Shown here piece after piece: positions 1 to 10,302 of a stretch of DNA of 64,000 nt. The stretch's first letter is position 1. Every line of letters starts with the position of its first letter. Source of the stretch: a virus (Duplodnaviria; Heunggongvirae; Uroviricota; Caudoviricetes); IMG/VR virus record IMGVR_UViG_2778261631_000002; one strand, 5' to 3'. Under the pieces are notes generated by a model. The model ran no database searches, had not been told where the DNA came from, and saw only the letters and a program-made list of their open reading frames with translations. The position numbers were made by a program, and so were the translations under genes.

Positions 1-483
1 GATGATATACAAGAGATGATCGGCGTGTTCACCAGCCAACGCCTCCTCATTTCCGGGGCGACAGGACTTTATCAATATTGTCCAAACACCCTTGCCAGTC
101 ACCTCAAAAAAAGACGTTTCTGTAAGAATGAAATACTTCGACAACCACGGGAATCTGCTAACAGCAGTAGCCCAATTGCTCTTTATGTATTTGAAAATAC
201 CATCAAGGACTTGCTGTCTTTTGTTAGCGACCAGAATGACGCGAGCGCCGGGGAAAAACATGATGAAGAGTATTGCAATGATACTCGTCATATCCGATTT
301 ACCAGTACCATGGCCGGAGGTCACACTTGTCCAACTGCCGTCCTGCTGCGTGGACTCAATGATCTCATCCTGCTGCCAGGTTGGTGTCTTCCCAAACAAC
401 ACATCAGCGGCCGCAATCCAGTCATAACGATATAGCGCCACAAGCTCGCGCCAACGTGGGTCCGTTACGCAACTTCTGGCCAT
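1..483 (-). CDS. pacB: PacB terminase large subunit, N-terminal ~161 codons only (gene runs off the window start)
   Basis: Minus-strand frame is open from ATG at 483-481 (overlapping the pacA stop, TAATG) to position 1; lies directly downstream of pacA as in P1. Confidence 0.6.
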
Positions 484-1676
484 TAATCATCATCCCCGTA
501 CAGTTTGCGGGTAACTTCTTCGTCTTCCTCCTCGTCTTCGTCCAGATCCTGTTCAAGCCATGCTTCGTTTGATATGCCTTCCGCATCGACATCACCATAA
601 CCACCTGTATCGACGATATCGGCAATTTCTTCTCTACGATGCTCAATCCACAATGCCGCATCAGCGCGGCGGCTGGCGGCCCGTTCTCGCGCGATTTTAT
701 CCAGATCTTCAAGTGATGGAGCGCCAGATGCTGTTTGGTTTTCCTCATCATCGGTATTGGTCTTAGGAGCACGCAGATCGGCTTTGATTTGCTCCAGCAT
801 CAGGGGCGGCACTTTTCCTCCATGCGCCTCGATGAATTCAGCCGCTTCCAGCACTGACCAGTTATTTTCACGCTTTCGTTCGTATGCCAGCTTAACAATG
901 CCAGCTTGCCCCATAGACAAAGCGTGCTTTTCCGCCTCCCGGCTTTCTTTTCGATAGTTATTCCGGATGCTGTAAATGGTGTTGATCAGACTGCTTATCT
1001 GCGCGGAACAGCTGTTTAGCATGCTCGCGATACGGTATTCAGGCGGAGTACCTTCATCATCGTCTTTTTGCTGATCGCGCATTTCCTGCACCAGGCGAAT
1101 ACACGTATCCCTGGCGTTCTCCAGCATAAGGAGATGAGAAAGAGACTTTTCAAGAAGAGTGGTTTCCAGAACATCGGCCCCGGACCGACGCAACATAGCG
1201 CGCGCGGCCTTCCGCGCTTCAACGTTATCTATCAGGTAATCGCCAGCTTCGAATTCAAAGCGTTCACCATCATCATCCAGGGTGTCGCGTTCCAGGCGAT
1301 CACGTAAGGTCCGGTGGGCGCGGTTGATCACGTCATGATCATCCGAACGATCATTTATGCGCTTATTTTGGCGCTTCGCATTCTCGACTGCGGCACTGAC
1401 AACGGCATTAACTCTCTGTTTTTCCGCTATTTCAGCCGCAATATGATCACCTGCATGTTGATCATTAGAGTGATCAATGATCATGCTTTTTAGTGGCTTC
1501 CTGACTGGCTTATTTGGCTTGCGGCTGTCCGCAGTCCTGGTGTCTTCTTTGAAGGCACGGAGATAACGACGTGCGGTATTAGGGTTAAGATTAAACTCGG
1601 CGGCATACTGTGCGATGGTGTAACCACCATCTCGCGCCAGGCGAGCAAAATTCTTCTTGTGATCGTCCCAGGTCAC
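483..1676 (-). CDS. pacA: PacA terminase small subunit / pac-site recognition protein (397 aa)
   Basis: 397-aa ORF with acidic C-terminus; contains the GATC-clustered pac site within its coding sequence; length and context match P1 PacA. Confidence 0.8.
1326..1482. other. pac packaging site: seven GATC (TGATCA/G) Dam sites in about 157 bp, in two clusters flanking the presumed cleavage region
   Basis: GATC at about 1326, 1337, 1349, 1445, 1460, 1472, 1479; this is the known architecture of the P1 pac site inside pacA. Confidence 0.75.
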
Positions 1677-1710
1677 TTATGCTTCCTTTCGTAAAAACTC
1701 TTTTTGACGC

Positions 1711-1737
1711 GAGGGTAACGAAAGTCACATGTCAAAA
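1711..1737 (-). promoter_or_regulatory. Candidate Lpa-dependent late promoter element upstream of pacA
   Basis: Minus-strand CATGTGACTTTCG followed by a weak -10, similar to the motif found upstream of three late operons in this window. Confidence 0.3.
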
Positions 1738-1761
1738 GGCCCGGAACGGGCAAGTAATCAA

Positions 1762-2214
1762 TCAGATACGTGCGGATGTGGCATTACCGTAATGACGGTG
1801 CTGACGGGCCACCTTATTGAAAAGTTGACGCGCCATTACCCAAGGCTGGTGCTCCCGGCGTTCCTTTTCGTCCTGCGTCATATAGAGTTCATTCTGGAGT
1901 TTTTCATCAAACCGGCGCGGAGCGCGGCTACGGCGAAAGAATTCAGGATTCAGAGAGTGGATCTGAAATCTACGTGGGCGTGTACTGTCATCAATCAAAA
2001 CAGACGAATACTTAGACACAGCGATAGCCTTTAAGCGCAGATAAACATCGCGCTTATCGACATCCAGATGCGGGTATTCCTTTTCAAGAATTGCTGCGAG
2101 TTCTTTCGCTGATAGAAGAGATTTAGTGCGGATCATGTAATCCGCAATCTCGTACGATGTTATTCGTGAGTGATTTATTTCCATGAAGTGGCGTCCCTGC
2201 CAGTTAAGTAACAT
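1762..2214 (-). CDS. lpa: Late promoter activator Lpa (gene 10), 150 aa
   Basis: 150-aa ORF directly upstream of pacA with a C1 operator match in its promoter region, as for P1 lpa. Confidence 0.6.
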   Translation of the reverse strand: MLLNWQGRHFMEINHSRITSYEIADYMIRTKSLLSAKELAAILEKEYPHLDVDKRDVYLRLKAIAVSKYSSVLIDDSTRPRRFQIHSLNPEFFRRSRAPRRFDEKLQNELYMTQDEKERREHQPWVMARQLFNKVARQHRHYGNATSARI

Positions 2215-2284
2215 CCTGTCACCTACTGATTAGCCCATGTCAACTAATCAACGTGGAATATAATACCCTCGACTAAAGAAATAG

Positions 2285-2301
2285 CAATACATTAGAGCAA
2301 T
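2285..2301 (-). promoter_or_regulatory. C1 operator-like site in the lpa promoter region
   Basis: Minus strand ATTGCTCTAATGTATTG, 14/17 match to ATTGCTCTAATAAATTT. Confidence 0.5.
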
Positions 2302-2302
2302 T

Positions 2303-3346
2303 TTATCTAACACTCGACGAATGACTTGTGATAACGCCAACTCCAAGCGCGTAATCAAAGAACAATCGTTGATGCATCGCCAACCTACCGTGCGTCTTCT
2401 CCCAATTATCGCGGTCACGCTCAATATCACGCTGGCATGACTGGCACAGAGGAATTGCGTAAATGTCATGCGCGCATAATCGACTATGACGAACGATATA
2501 AGGCGTAATGTGAGCGCCAGCTCCCGCAGCTCCACACCCACAGCATGGACGGGAAGCAACAAAGTCCATGTACTCAGGTAATTTTAGCGATTGCAGTTTT
2601 GGTATTTTGAAATGCGCCATGCCAGGGTCGGAGTCAACATCCACAGGGCATACTTTTGCACGCATCGGCGCGGCGCGTTCTTCCATCATCTGAACATATG
2701 CTGTAGCGCGATCGTCATACGGGCGAATATCCGCCTCTTTCAGAGGTCCGCTATCCTGCGGAGTAGCCTTCATCTTATTTATTGATATGCGGCAGACTTC
2801 TTCCGGCATCAGGTGCATCATGTTGCGCATGAAAGCCCACCAGCACAGCTCCTGAATACTTAAATCATGGCTATTTGAAAGGCCCATTTCCTGACGGGCG
2901 ACATCCAGTATCCAGTTAACGCGATTATTGTGCAGCGTTTCTTTCAGCTCATTAAAACCACGCATCCGATAATGGTTATCGTGATGCCAGCACAACAACA
3001 CCGCGCTATTGTCTCGTTCAGCGTGGACAATATGGTTGTCACACCAACTACGATCTGCGGCCTGGCATTGACCCTCTTTCCTACGCAACCACGCCACCAG
3101 CGCGTCAATTCCACCAATACGGCGAAACAGTTCATCGCTGTTAAAAAACGGCTGCAACGCCTCATTTGTTGCCATGGTTTGCTCGGTAACAACGAGGCCG
3201 TCTTCCATGTGCTCGATTAACTCACGCGGCACCGGCTCCATAATAAATTTACGGCCAGCCTCCACCAGCTTTCTGACCTCCTGATCCACTTTGAATGTGG
3301 CGACGCCAAGCTCTTTCTGTACAAAGGGAGTAATTACGGCTTTCAC
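2303..3346 (-). CDS. Hypothetical Cys/His-rich protein (347 aa) at the P1 pdcB position
   Basis: Long ORF downstream of doc; C-terminal CCGCG...H...C..C..C cluster suggests metal binding; function unknown. Confidence 0.5.
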   Translation of the reverse strand: MKAVITPFVQKELGVATFKVDQEVRKLVEAGRKFIMEPVPRELIEHMEDGLVVTEQTMATNEALQPFFNSDELFRRIGGIDALVAWLRRKEGQCQAADRSWCDNHIVHAERDNSAVLLCWHHDNHYRMRGFNELKETLHNNRVNWILDVARQEMGLSNSHDLSIQELCWWAFMRNMMHLMPEEVCRISINKMKATPQDSGPLKEADIRPYDDRATAYVQMMEERAAPMRAKVCPVDVDSDPGMAHFKIPKLQSLKLPEYMDFVASRPCCGCGAAGAGAHITPYIVRHSRLCAHDIYAIPLCQSCQRDIERDRDNWEKTHGRLAMHQRLFFDYALGVGVITSHSSSVR

Positions 3347-3373
3347 ATCACACCTTTCATCACTGATTGGGCT

Positions 3374-3574
3374 TTATCTGCTGCCCGGCATTCTCTGTTT
3401 AAGCGCAACCATTTCCTGACGGCATAACACAGCAATAGCGGTCCTGACTCCAATTTGCTTACCAACCAGGTATTGCTTTACCTTGCGGCGACTCACGCCA
3501 TCAAGAAGCATCTTTAACGCTTCACGGGACAATTTGTTGTATTTGCGTGCCATTAATCTACTCCGCAGAACCAT
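3374..3574 (-). CDS. Small basic protein (59-66 aa) at the P1 pdcA position
   Basis: Short ORF overlapping the doc 3' end; basic, possibly DNA-binding; start uncertain. Confidence 0.35.
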   Translation of the reverse strand: MVLRSRLMARKYNKLSREALKMLLDGVSRRKVKQYLVGKQIGVRTAIAVLCRQEMVALKQRMPGSR

Positions 3575-3938
3575 ACAATCTACGTAACGTGTCGGCGACA
3601 GAAGATACAGATATCTCGCCAGTCGCAGCGCCTACAGTAAGGTCTGCCAGTTCAGGTGAATCAAATACCTGCACCCCGTTACGGCGTAGAAATAACAGCG
3701 CACTGTTTAGCGCGGTACGCTTATTGGCATCATTGAATATATGCCCTCTCGCTGTAGCCACCAGGTAGGTGGCGGAGACTTCGAAAAGGTCGGTGATCTC
3801 TTCGTAGGCAACTCTGGCCTGAACTCTCCCGATAATGGCCTCTGCCCTACCCGGATCTGACATTCCCGGCAGGCCGCCGTAGCGGTTTATATTCGCATCA
3901 TGAAGCGCAATAAGTTCTTCCGGTGATATATGCCTCAT
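3558..3938 (-). CDS. doc: Doc toxin (death on curing), Fic-fold kinase, 126 aa
   Basis: Translation [22 protein letters not shown]...[13 protein letters not shown]... is recognised as P1 Doc; start overlaps the phd stop. Confidence 0.9.
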   Translation of the reverse strand: MRHISPEELIALHDANINRYGGLPGMSDPGRAEAIIGRVQARVAYEEITDLFEVSATYLVATARGHIFNDANKRTALNSALLFLRRNGVQVFDSPELADLTVGAATGEISVSSVADTLRRLYGSAE

Positions 3939-4159
3939 TATCGGTTAACCAGTTCCTTGTTGGTGGAGTCCAGGGTGTCAAACAGGGATGCAAATTCAGC
4001 ATCCAGCGCCGCTTTTTTGTAGGCTTCGAAAGTAGCCTTGCTGACAATTACTGCTGGCTCACGGCCTCTGCGGGTGATTTCAACCTCTTCCCCGGCTTCA
4101 ACATTGTTGAGCACTTCAGAAAGGTTGCCGCGCGCGGTACGGAAGTTAATGGATTGCAT
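3938..4159 (-). CDS. phd: Phd antitoxin (prevent host death), 73 aa from the second Met
   Basis: Translation [73 protein letters not shown] is recognised as P1 Phd. Confidence 0.9.
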   Translation of the reverse strand: MQSINFRTARGNLSEVLNNVEAGEEVEITRRGREPAVIVSKATFEAYKKAALDAEFASLFDTLDSTNKELVNR

Positions 4160-4230
4160 AAACACCTCGTGTACTCGTTATGTGTACATAATTATAAACT
4201 TCACAGGCATAAAGCACCAGCACTTTGCAG
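4160..4230 (-). promoter_or_regulatory. phd-doc promoter/operator region
   Basis: TATAAT on the minus strand followed by repeated GTACAC/TGTACA palindromic half-sites just upstream of phd; Phd/Doc autoregulate via palindromic operators. Confidence 0.5.
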
Positions 4231-4231
4231 C

Positions 4232-4621
4232 TTAAATGACCGGACAATCATCAAACTCCCCACTCCGGGCATCATTGATGACATGAGTGATCACACCAAA
4301 AACAGCATTACTACCCGTGTAACCATCGTCATCTACTGGTAACGCCTCTTTCTTCCCGGTGCTTAAATCCTCCAGGTGCTGGCGCGGATACTTTCGGTAT
4401 CTCTTTATGCGATATTCACCCTCCATAGCGCACACAAGCAGAGAACCATCAACCGGAGTAAGCGAGGAATCAACCACCAGCAAAGCACCCTGCAATATTC
4501 CCTCACGGTGATGGCTATCAGCTGCCCGCATGAAGTAGGTTGCTGATGGATGCCTGATTAGTTGCTGATCAAGAGAAATTCGGCTTTCAACATAATCCGC
4601 CGCAGGAGAAGGGAAGCCCAT
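4232..4621 (-). CDS. humD: HumD, UmuD'-like SOS mutagenesis protein homolog (129 aa)
   Basis: 129-aa ORF adjacent to phd-doc with a LexA box just upstream, as in P1. Confidence 0.75.
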   Translation of the reverse strand: MGFPSPAADYVESRISLDQQLIRHPSATYFMRAADSHHREGILQGALLVVDSSLTPVDGSLLVCAMEGEYRIKRYRKYPRQHLEDLSTGKKEALPVDDDGYTGSNAVFGVITHVINDARSGEFDDCPVI

Positions 4622-4640
4622 AGCGTTTTTACCTCAATAA

Positions 4641-4660
4641 TACTGTTCATTTATACAGTA
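4641..4660. promoter_or_regulatory. LexA box (SOS box) between divergent humD and the 4796 operon
   Basis: TACTGTTCATTTATACAGTA matches CTGT-N8-ACAG. Confidence 0.75.
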
Positions 4661-4795
4661 TACATTAAAGAGACACCTTTGGTGCAAACGCGTTACGTAC
4701 ATCAACCACCGCTGATGATTTTGTGCTCTTTGCTACTATTCATCACCGCGGGATCAGCGTAACCTCGTTGCCAATCAGTTAATAAGGAATTAGCT

Positions 4796-5380
4796 ATGCC
4801 TAATCGCATTCCTCTCGATCCTGTATTGCCCAAAAATTTTGACTGCACTCCTAACGAGAAACGCTCTAAAGCTCAGCTGGACGCCTGGTGGGACCATCCA
4901 TATGGGGTTACACAACCTGACGGGAAAATTGTAGTTTATTGTCTGAATGGTGGGGCGTGGGACCGTCCATCCGTGCTTTGTTTGGCAGATAACTATGATG
5001 AAGCCTGTGAACTTGCCGAAAGACAGCAGGCAAGCTGGGTAAAAACACGGTCTGAACCGACATTCATGTTTTCAAAAGAACCGCCATTTATACTGGCGAG
5101 GATGCCGCAGCGACCGGATCATCAACAAGAAATTGTTGCTGAATTTTCCTCAAGGGATGAGATGAATCTCTTCTCATTAAAGCAGGAAGAAAGGGATCGC
5201 GTCGAAGTGTCTCCAACTCTCGACCACAACCGGATGAACCTAGCCCAGCTCGCCTGGTACAGCAAAGAATTAGAGATGTCTATTGCCCGGCTTGAAAACG
5301 AAAAAGCCGCTATCCAAGTCCAGCACGAAGTAGTTCTGAACCGGATTAGAGAAATGCAAAACGATAACAGGGGATTTTGA
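4796..5380 (+). CDS. Hypothetical protein (194 aa), probably LexA-regulated (P1 lxr-like position)
   Basis: ORF with RBS TAAGGA, divergent from humD across the LexA box. Confidence 0.6.
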   Translation: MPNRIPLDPVLPKNFDCTPNEKRSKAQLDAWWDHPYGVTQPDGKIVVYCLNGGAWDRPSVLCLADNYDEACELAERQQASWVKTRSEPTFMFSKEPPFILARMPQRPDHQQEIVAEFSSRDEMNLFSLKQEERDRVEVSPTLDHNRMNLAQLAWYSKELEMSIARLENEKAAIQVQHEVVLNRIREMQNDNRGF

Positions 5381-5737
5381 ATGGCTAAAATCGAGTACCA
5401 TCGCGATCGCGGTAATTACCTGGAAATATACGATCATGAATCTCTTAACGATATCAACGATGCGTTATATGAATACTGTGAAAAAACGAGCATCACAGAT
5501 GCACCTGATGCATTTGTCGAGATGCCGGTATATCTCCGCGACATCTATGCAATACGAACACCGCCCGTATCGGTGATTCACATTGGCTATGTCCGCCTGT
5601 CCATCGAAGAAGATGAAGATCGTTATATCGTGCGCCACTATACATTGGACAGAAAAGAACTTCCTAATGAATGGAACATGAGTAATTTCTACAACGGTGA
5701 ATATGGCTTAAAATCCGCTAATAATTTACGGTCATAA
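5381..5737 (+). CDS. Hypothetical protein (118 aa), translationally coupled to the upstream gene (TGAATG)
   Basis: Stop-start overlap with the 4796..5380 ORF; no resemblance to theta/Hot. Confidence 0.55.
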   Translation: MAKIEYHRDRGNYLEIYDHESLNDINDALYEYCEKTSITDAPDAFVEMPVYLRDIYAIRTPPVSVIHIGYVRLSIEEDEDRYIVRHYTLDRKELPNEWNMSNFYNGEYGLKSANNLRS

Positions 5738-6599
5738 TCTATACAGGCATGTATAACAACAACGAGCCTATTAGCTGTCAACAACGTTATTTCCTCAAAT
5801 AAGAAAAAGCAGAAAAAAAATTGTTTAAGGTCACAAATTGTGGCCTTGATGGAGGAGGGAGGCTTATTGGCTATGGCTAAAAATCAAATTAGACACTTCA
5901 TGTTGCTGTAGCTCATCAAGATCCGAGGCCACAAAACCTTTTCCGAAAAACTTCACAAGTAACTCACTAGCCGCATCATTGTCACCTATTACACGAAAGT
6001 CATACGGCAACGTCGCAAGTTGACGATGTAATCCTGCTGAGAAAGTCGAATCTAACAGCGCCCAGAATTCCCACCGCAGGATAATACTCGCCTCTTAATA
6101 CTGTATATATGTTGTTACGATATGTTTTTCTGTCTCTAAAAAAAGATGTTAATAGAATGCTAACCATTGAAGGGGATAAAAATATACAATTCCAACAAAC
6201 GTTATTTTTAACAATTTTTTTCTTTGCGTTGACTTTCCCGGACACCTTGTCTGACCGAAGGTGCGCGAAAGCCACTTTTTCCTTCCTGAGTTATCCACAA
6301 AGTTATGCACTTGCAAGAGGGCCATTTTCTACATATTGTGGTGGCTAACAGATGAAATGAATGTAGATTAATTGAAGATAAGGAGAAAATTTGAGATGCA
6401 ATCATGACGTTAATAGATAGGGTCTGCATTACAGACCCCACCCGCATCAAGGAATTAGCCGTTCCCTGATGTTTTTCCGAAAACATGTGCCGTAAGCTCA
6501 CGTTAACGACTTTCATTCACCGAATCCAACTATATAGGGGTTGGGTTTCTACGTCAACGTGAGCAAGTGCACCTTTACATTTGACAAGGAACCACCTGA

Positions 6600-6737
6600 A
6601 TGAACGCTTTTTTTCAGTTCCTGAGTGCATTTTTAGATGCGCCTATTATTAGCCAGATTCTGGCTATTATCCTCATCATCGTTTTGATTTTGCTTTTAAG
6701 GTCAGTAAAAAATGGAATTATGCACTGGCTTACTTAA
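6600..6737 (+). CDS. Small hydrophobic protein, 45 aa, single predicted TM helix (MNAFFQFLSAFLDAPIISQILAIILIIVLILLLRSVKNGIMHWLT)
   Basis: ATG with AAGGA RBS 9 nt upstream; sits in an AT-rich convergent intergenic region; below the 60-aa ORF-track cutoff. Confidence 0.35.
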   Translation: MNAFFQFLSAFLDAPIISQILAIILIIVLILLLRSVKNGIMHWLT

Positions 6738-6756
6738 TGTTTCAGTGAAACATTAA
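6734..6756. repeat. Perfect 23-bp palindrome TTAATGTTTCA-G-TGAAACATTAA straight after the small ORF stop
   Basis: Exact 11-bp inverted repeat with a 1-nt centre; no flanking U-run, so more likely a protein-binding site than a terminator. Confidence 0.4.
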
Positions 6757-6812
6757 AATCTCCTTGATGTGGAAACAATCATTTTCTGTATGTGCTGGTG
6801 GGCACCTGTAGT

Positions 6813-7175
6813 TCAGCTTTCGTTGGCATTTAACTTCGTCTTTGCTTTCTCCACCAGCAACTTCCAGATGCCTATTTCATTAGCAGCCGCCTTGATGGCG
6901 GCATAAAAAGCATCTTGCTGATCGTAACGCTGGATCTGTTTTTTCAGTTTTGCCTCCACCAATTTAATTTCATTACGTGCTTTCTGAAGCCGCATCACCG
7001 CCCGGTTACATCTGTTCTTGTATAGCGTGTTAATCTCTGACAATTGCTTTAATTTACCAGCCTGACTGCGGATTATCGCCTCCCTGGCTTCTGCCGTGCG
7101 TCTCATCTGATCTCTTAAGAGTTCACCGTTTTCGATAATTCTTTCAAGGTGTTTGATGTGATCTGCAACTCTCAT
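6813..7175 (-). CDS. Hypothetical coiled-coil protein (120 aa)
   Basis: Last gene of a minus-strand operon; overlaps the upstream gene. Confidence 0.6.
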   Translation of the reverse strand: MRVADHIKHLERIIENGELLRDQMRRTAEAREAIIRSQAGKLKQLSEINTLYKNRCNRAVMRLQKARNEIKLVEAKLKKQIQRYDQQDAFYAAIKAAANEIGIWKLLVEKAKTKLNANES

Positions 7176-8470
7176 ACTTCACCCTCGCTTGTATCACCAG
7201 CGTCCACCAACGACAATAAAGCCCTGGCCATCTTATGAACCAACAGTGCATCAATAATGCCAAGCGTATGCCCCGGCTTAATGTTTAATGCTGCCTCAAG
7301 ATGACACCTTTCCAGACCGCTTTTCTCGGCTTGTTTATGATGATATGGCGTAATAACGTCGCCCAAAACACGGCTAATTCTTTCTCGTAATTGCTGGGTG
7401 CCAGCACACTTGATCGCTGTATCGTGGAGACGGTTAACCAGTTCGCGATAAACATGCGGCTTAATGCGGATACGTTCACCGGTGACGCCCTTTCCTGGCG
7501 CTGGCACCGAACTATCCGGAATATCCGGATAGTTGCCAGCCTCGTAAGCTACCCGCAGCCAGTGCATGAATGTTTCAGTGGACACACAACCACAGTCCAC
7601 ATCGATTTTCCCGCGTTGCTGTTCCAGCCATTGCCCAAAATCCAACCTGTAAGTCTTACTTTGGCTTACAGGTTGGCTACCCTGAAGCATGGCAGCGTGG
7701 CAGGCATACTCAACGCCCTTAACTGCATCTGCGCAGTAGTTATAGCGATTGCATTCCACTAATTTCCGTTTGAGTTTTTCAATTGCCTGCGCGACATCAG
7801 CCTGTATTACAGGAACTGGCGGAACGGCTGTTTGCTCTCGAACGTCATTAGTCGCTATCGGTTCTGCTGCCAACTGACTGGCATATTTGTTAATGGTAAC
7901 GATAAGCTCTTGCTCAGCCTCATCCAGACAATCACCGATACCTCGCCTGTCACCGTCAAAATCATCGAAATCGGCACGAATCTTGGCAACCTTCAGGATT
8001 GCGGACAACACCTCACTAGGAATTACCGGATAGTTGGTTGACGTTTCCGCGATTTCCCGAAAATTATTGGTTGACGAATTCTTGTTTTCCCGAAAGTTTC
8101 CGGACTGAAGCATGGCGGCGCGGCAGGCGTTCCAGCCATCTGCGTAACAATCTCTGTGTGTCTTGAAATATGTCACCGCCCTTGGTACATCGTTTACGTC
8201 TATTTCATCCGGCACAACCGGCGCAGGTGAGTCAGCATAAACAGGAATAACGTCCGGTTGCTCTTTATTGCTTTCATCCGTTAAAGCCCAGAATAATTTC
8301 CCGGCCGGATGTTTGAAAATATAAGCAACTGGTTCTGCTTCCAGCGATGCCAGAGCAATTCGTGCCAGTTCTTCCGCTTCTTCTGCTGGCAGTACAACGT
8401 TGCTACCAGGTCCGTATGTTTCGCGCCACTGCTTGATTGTCAGTAGTCGCTCTTTGGTAATAGTGATCAT
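7172..8470 (-). CDS. Hypothetical protein (432 aa) with an internally duplicated Cys motif
   Basis: Two copies of CYADGWNACRAAMLQSG / CADAVKGVEYACHAAMLQGS-like segments. Confidence 0.6.
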   Translation of the reverse strand: MITITKERLLTIKQWRETYGPGSNVVLPAEEAEELARIALASLEAEPVAYIFKHPAGKLFWALTDESNKEQPDVIPVYADSPAPVVPDEIDVNDVPRAVTYFKTHRDCYADGWNACRAAMLQSGNFRENKNSSTNNFREIAETSTNYPVIPSEVLSAILKVAKIRADFDDFDGDRRGIGDCLDEAEQELIVTINKYASQLAAEPIATNDVREQTAVPPVPVIQADVAQAIEKLKRKLVECNRYNYCADAVKGVEYACHAAMLQGSQPVSQSKTYRLDFGQWLEQQRGKIDVDCGCVSTETFMHWLRVAYEAGNYPDIPDSSVPAPGKGVTGERIRIKPHVYRELVNRLHDTAIKCAGTQQLRERISRVLGDVITPYHHKQAEKSGLERCHLEAALNIKPGHTLGIIDALLVHKMARALLSLVDAGDTSEGEV

Positions 8471-8982
8471 GCCGCGTTTCCTTCTTTCTTATTAACAATT
8501 ACACCGTCATATATTTCATTAAGGTGCCCTCTCAACTCCATGCGCCTTAATGCAGATAACATGTAATCGCATTCAACCTGCTTATTTCCAGTAAATGGCT
8601 TATCGTCAGGATTACCCCAACAGCAATTACCCTTGGGCCACCCATGTACTTTCCGTACTCTTCCGTTAACAACGTGAAGTAATCCCCAGCCAGGTGGTAA
8701 ATCCTCAATTGAAATAATTCCCGGCTCACTAATAAAGAATCGCCAGTCGCCCATTCCAAGAGACGGATTTTTACGAAAACGCTTTTTTCTATCTGCCAAC
8801 AAGTCAGCACGAGAACACTTCGCCTCTATCAGGCATGATGCTGAATTTCTGAATCCCATAGCATCTGGCTGTTCTCCGGTACTGGTTACAGCTATAAAGC
8901 GGTCATGAAAACAAACCTTGAACCCGTTGCGCTTAAGGAACTTGTACGCAATCTGACAGAGTTCGCGGTGTGTTAACGCCAT
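8467..8982 (-). CDS. Putative PD-(D/E)xK-family nuclease (171 aa)
   Basis: Motif ...QPDAMGF...CLIEAKCS... resembles the D...E-x-K restriction-endonuclease-like catalytic core. Confidence 0.5.
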   Translation of the reverse strand: MALTHRELCQIAYKFLKRNGFKVCFHDRFIAVTSTGEQPDAMGFRNSASCLIEAKCSRADLLADRKKRFRKNPSLGMGDWRFFISEPGIISIEDLPPGWGLLHVVNGRVRKVHGWPKGNCCWGNPDDKPFTGNKQVECDYMLSALRRMELRGHLNEIYDGVIVNKKEGNAA

Positions 8983-8983
8983 A

Positions 8984-9670
8984 TCACTCTCCTTTGATGC
9001 GAATGCCAGCGGCGCGGATTGCAGCGATGACTTCAGAAACTTTGTATGCCATTACCGTTTGGTAATCATCGTGAAAATCTGTTCGATGAAGCATGCTGCT
9101 ACGTTCCGGGAGCGATATTTCCCGAGCATCCAGTTCCTTAACGCGTTCCTCCAGTTCGTAGACCCTGCATTGTTCTCTATCATCAATCAGATATAACCCA
9201 AGACATTCGCTTTCTACCCAACCGCCAAAATCATGATCGTAACGCTCACATGAAAACTCACCGTCACCGTCCTTTGTTGGAATGGTGTAACTATCTAATG
9301 GGCCACCATATGTCGGCACATTCCCCAATGTTGGATGCTCAATCCACATGAAAAATGCACGTCCGGTTATTGGGCAAATATCTGGCCGCCATTGGTTACG
9401 AACAGCCTTGGTTTCGGATAATTCTTCAGCGTGTTGTTTTACTTCCTCAAGCTCAACTCTCAGCTTCCCAACCGTAAGAGCAATATCCTCGTTCTCCTGG
9501 TCACGGCGTTTGATGTATTGCTGGTTTCTTTCCCGTTCATCCAGTAGTGCCAGTGCCACCGATGGCGTGAACGCCATACGAAACGCCACAAAATTTTGAT
9601 GCATAGGTTCTGTTTCTACTGCAACTGCCGCATCTCGCAGTGCCTGATAGTCAATTGTCATTCTCGCCAT
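8984..9670 (-). CDS. Hypothetical protein (228 aa)
   Basis: ORF in an operon of tightly packed genes. Confidence 0.55.
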   Translation of the reverse strand: MARMTIDYQALRDAAVAVETEPMHQNFVAFRMAFTPSVALALLDERERNQQYIKRRDQENEDIALTVGKLRVELEEVKQHAEELSETKAVRNQWRPDICPITGRAFFMWIEHPTLGNVPTYGGPLDSYTIPTKDGDGEFSCERYDHDFGGWVESECLGLYLIDDREQCRVYELEERVKELDAREISLPERSSMLHRTDFHDDYQTVMAYKVSEVIAAIRAAGIRIKGE

Positions 9671-10302
9671 CCTTCACAGTTGTAATCACTACAGCCTTCA
9701 AAATCATATGGGCTGTACTGCCAGGTTATTTTTCCGCAATGCGGACAATTCCAACGCACCTTCCCGCTTCGCGACTTCTTTCTTCTGTTCTGCTCTTTCA
9801 ACCAGTCAGGCATGACCAAACCTGCGCCCTGAACCATTGTTCTGCGGTTAAAGTTATTGATATTGAACGTCCGACGCTTTGCTGCATCAGCAATGGAAAA
9901 TGGCAACCAAACTATTCCTGGTTCGTTTTTGTTGGCGACGCTAAAGATGGTCGCTTTACTGAAGTCATCTGTTGGCAATCCACCGTGTTGAAGCCAGTAA
10001 ACATCGTTGCCGTTCCAGCTACCTTTTTTGTAGGCCACATACGCAGTGCAATCTGACTCAATCAGGCTTTCTGTGGGGATGTACTGGCAATCAACGTGCC
10101 ACACAGCCATTGCATCCACGCTATCAGCGCAAACAGGCTGATCGATATCTCGTCCACAATTCCAGGCTTTTTGGGCTTCTTCCAGCGTGTAAACATGAGC
10201 GCGATCGATATCAGAACTGTAACCATTGCCGTTATGGCAATGGAATGAGGCGTTATTACCCACAGTTTCACGCAAGCACATCATGTAAAAGCGGTTATTC
10301 AC
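9658..10302 (-). CDS. Hypothetical protein with C-terminal zinc ribbon (214 aa)
   Basis: CPHCG...C..YNCEGW cysteine pairs near the C-terminus. Confidence 0.55.
   Translation of the reverse strand: MNNRFYMMCLRETVGNNASFHCHNGNGYSSDIDRAHVYTLEEAQKAWNCGRDIDQPVCADSVDAMAVWHVDCQYIPTESLIESDCTAYVAYKKGSWNGNDVYWLQHGGLPTDDFSKATIFSVANKNEPGIVWLPFSIADAAKRRTFNINNFNRRTMVQGAGLVMPDWLKEQNRRKKSRSGKVRWNCPHCGKITWQYSPYDFEGCSDYNCEGWRE

Noticed and set aside
16-435. Plus-strand ORFs 16..435 and 92..427
   Set aside because: They are antisense to the open pacB reading frame, which continues from pacA to the window edge; shadow ORFs.
6208-6516. Minus-strand ORF of 102 aa in the AT-rich intergenic region
   Set aside because: Low-complexity, no RBS, and it overlaps the DnaA box and promoter-like sequences; probably not coding.
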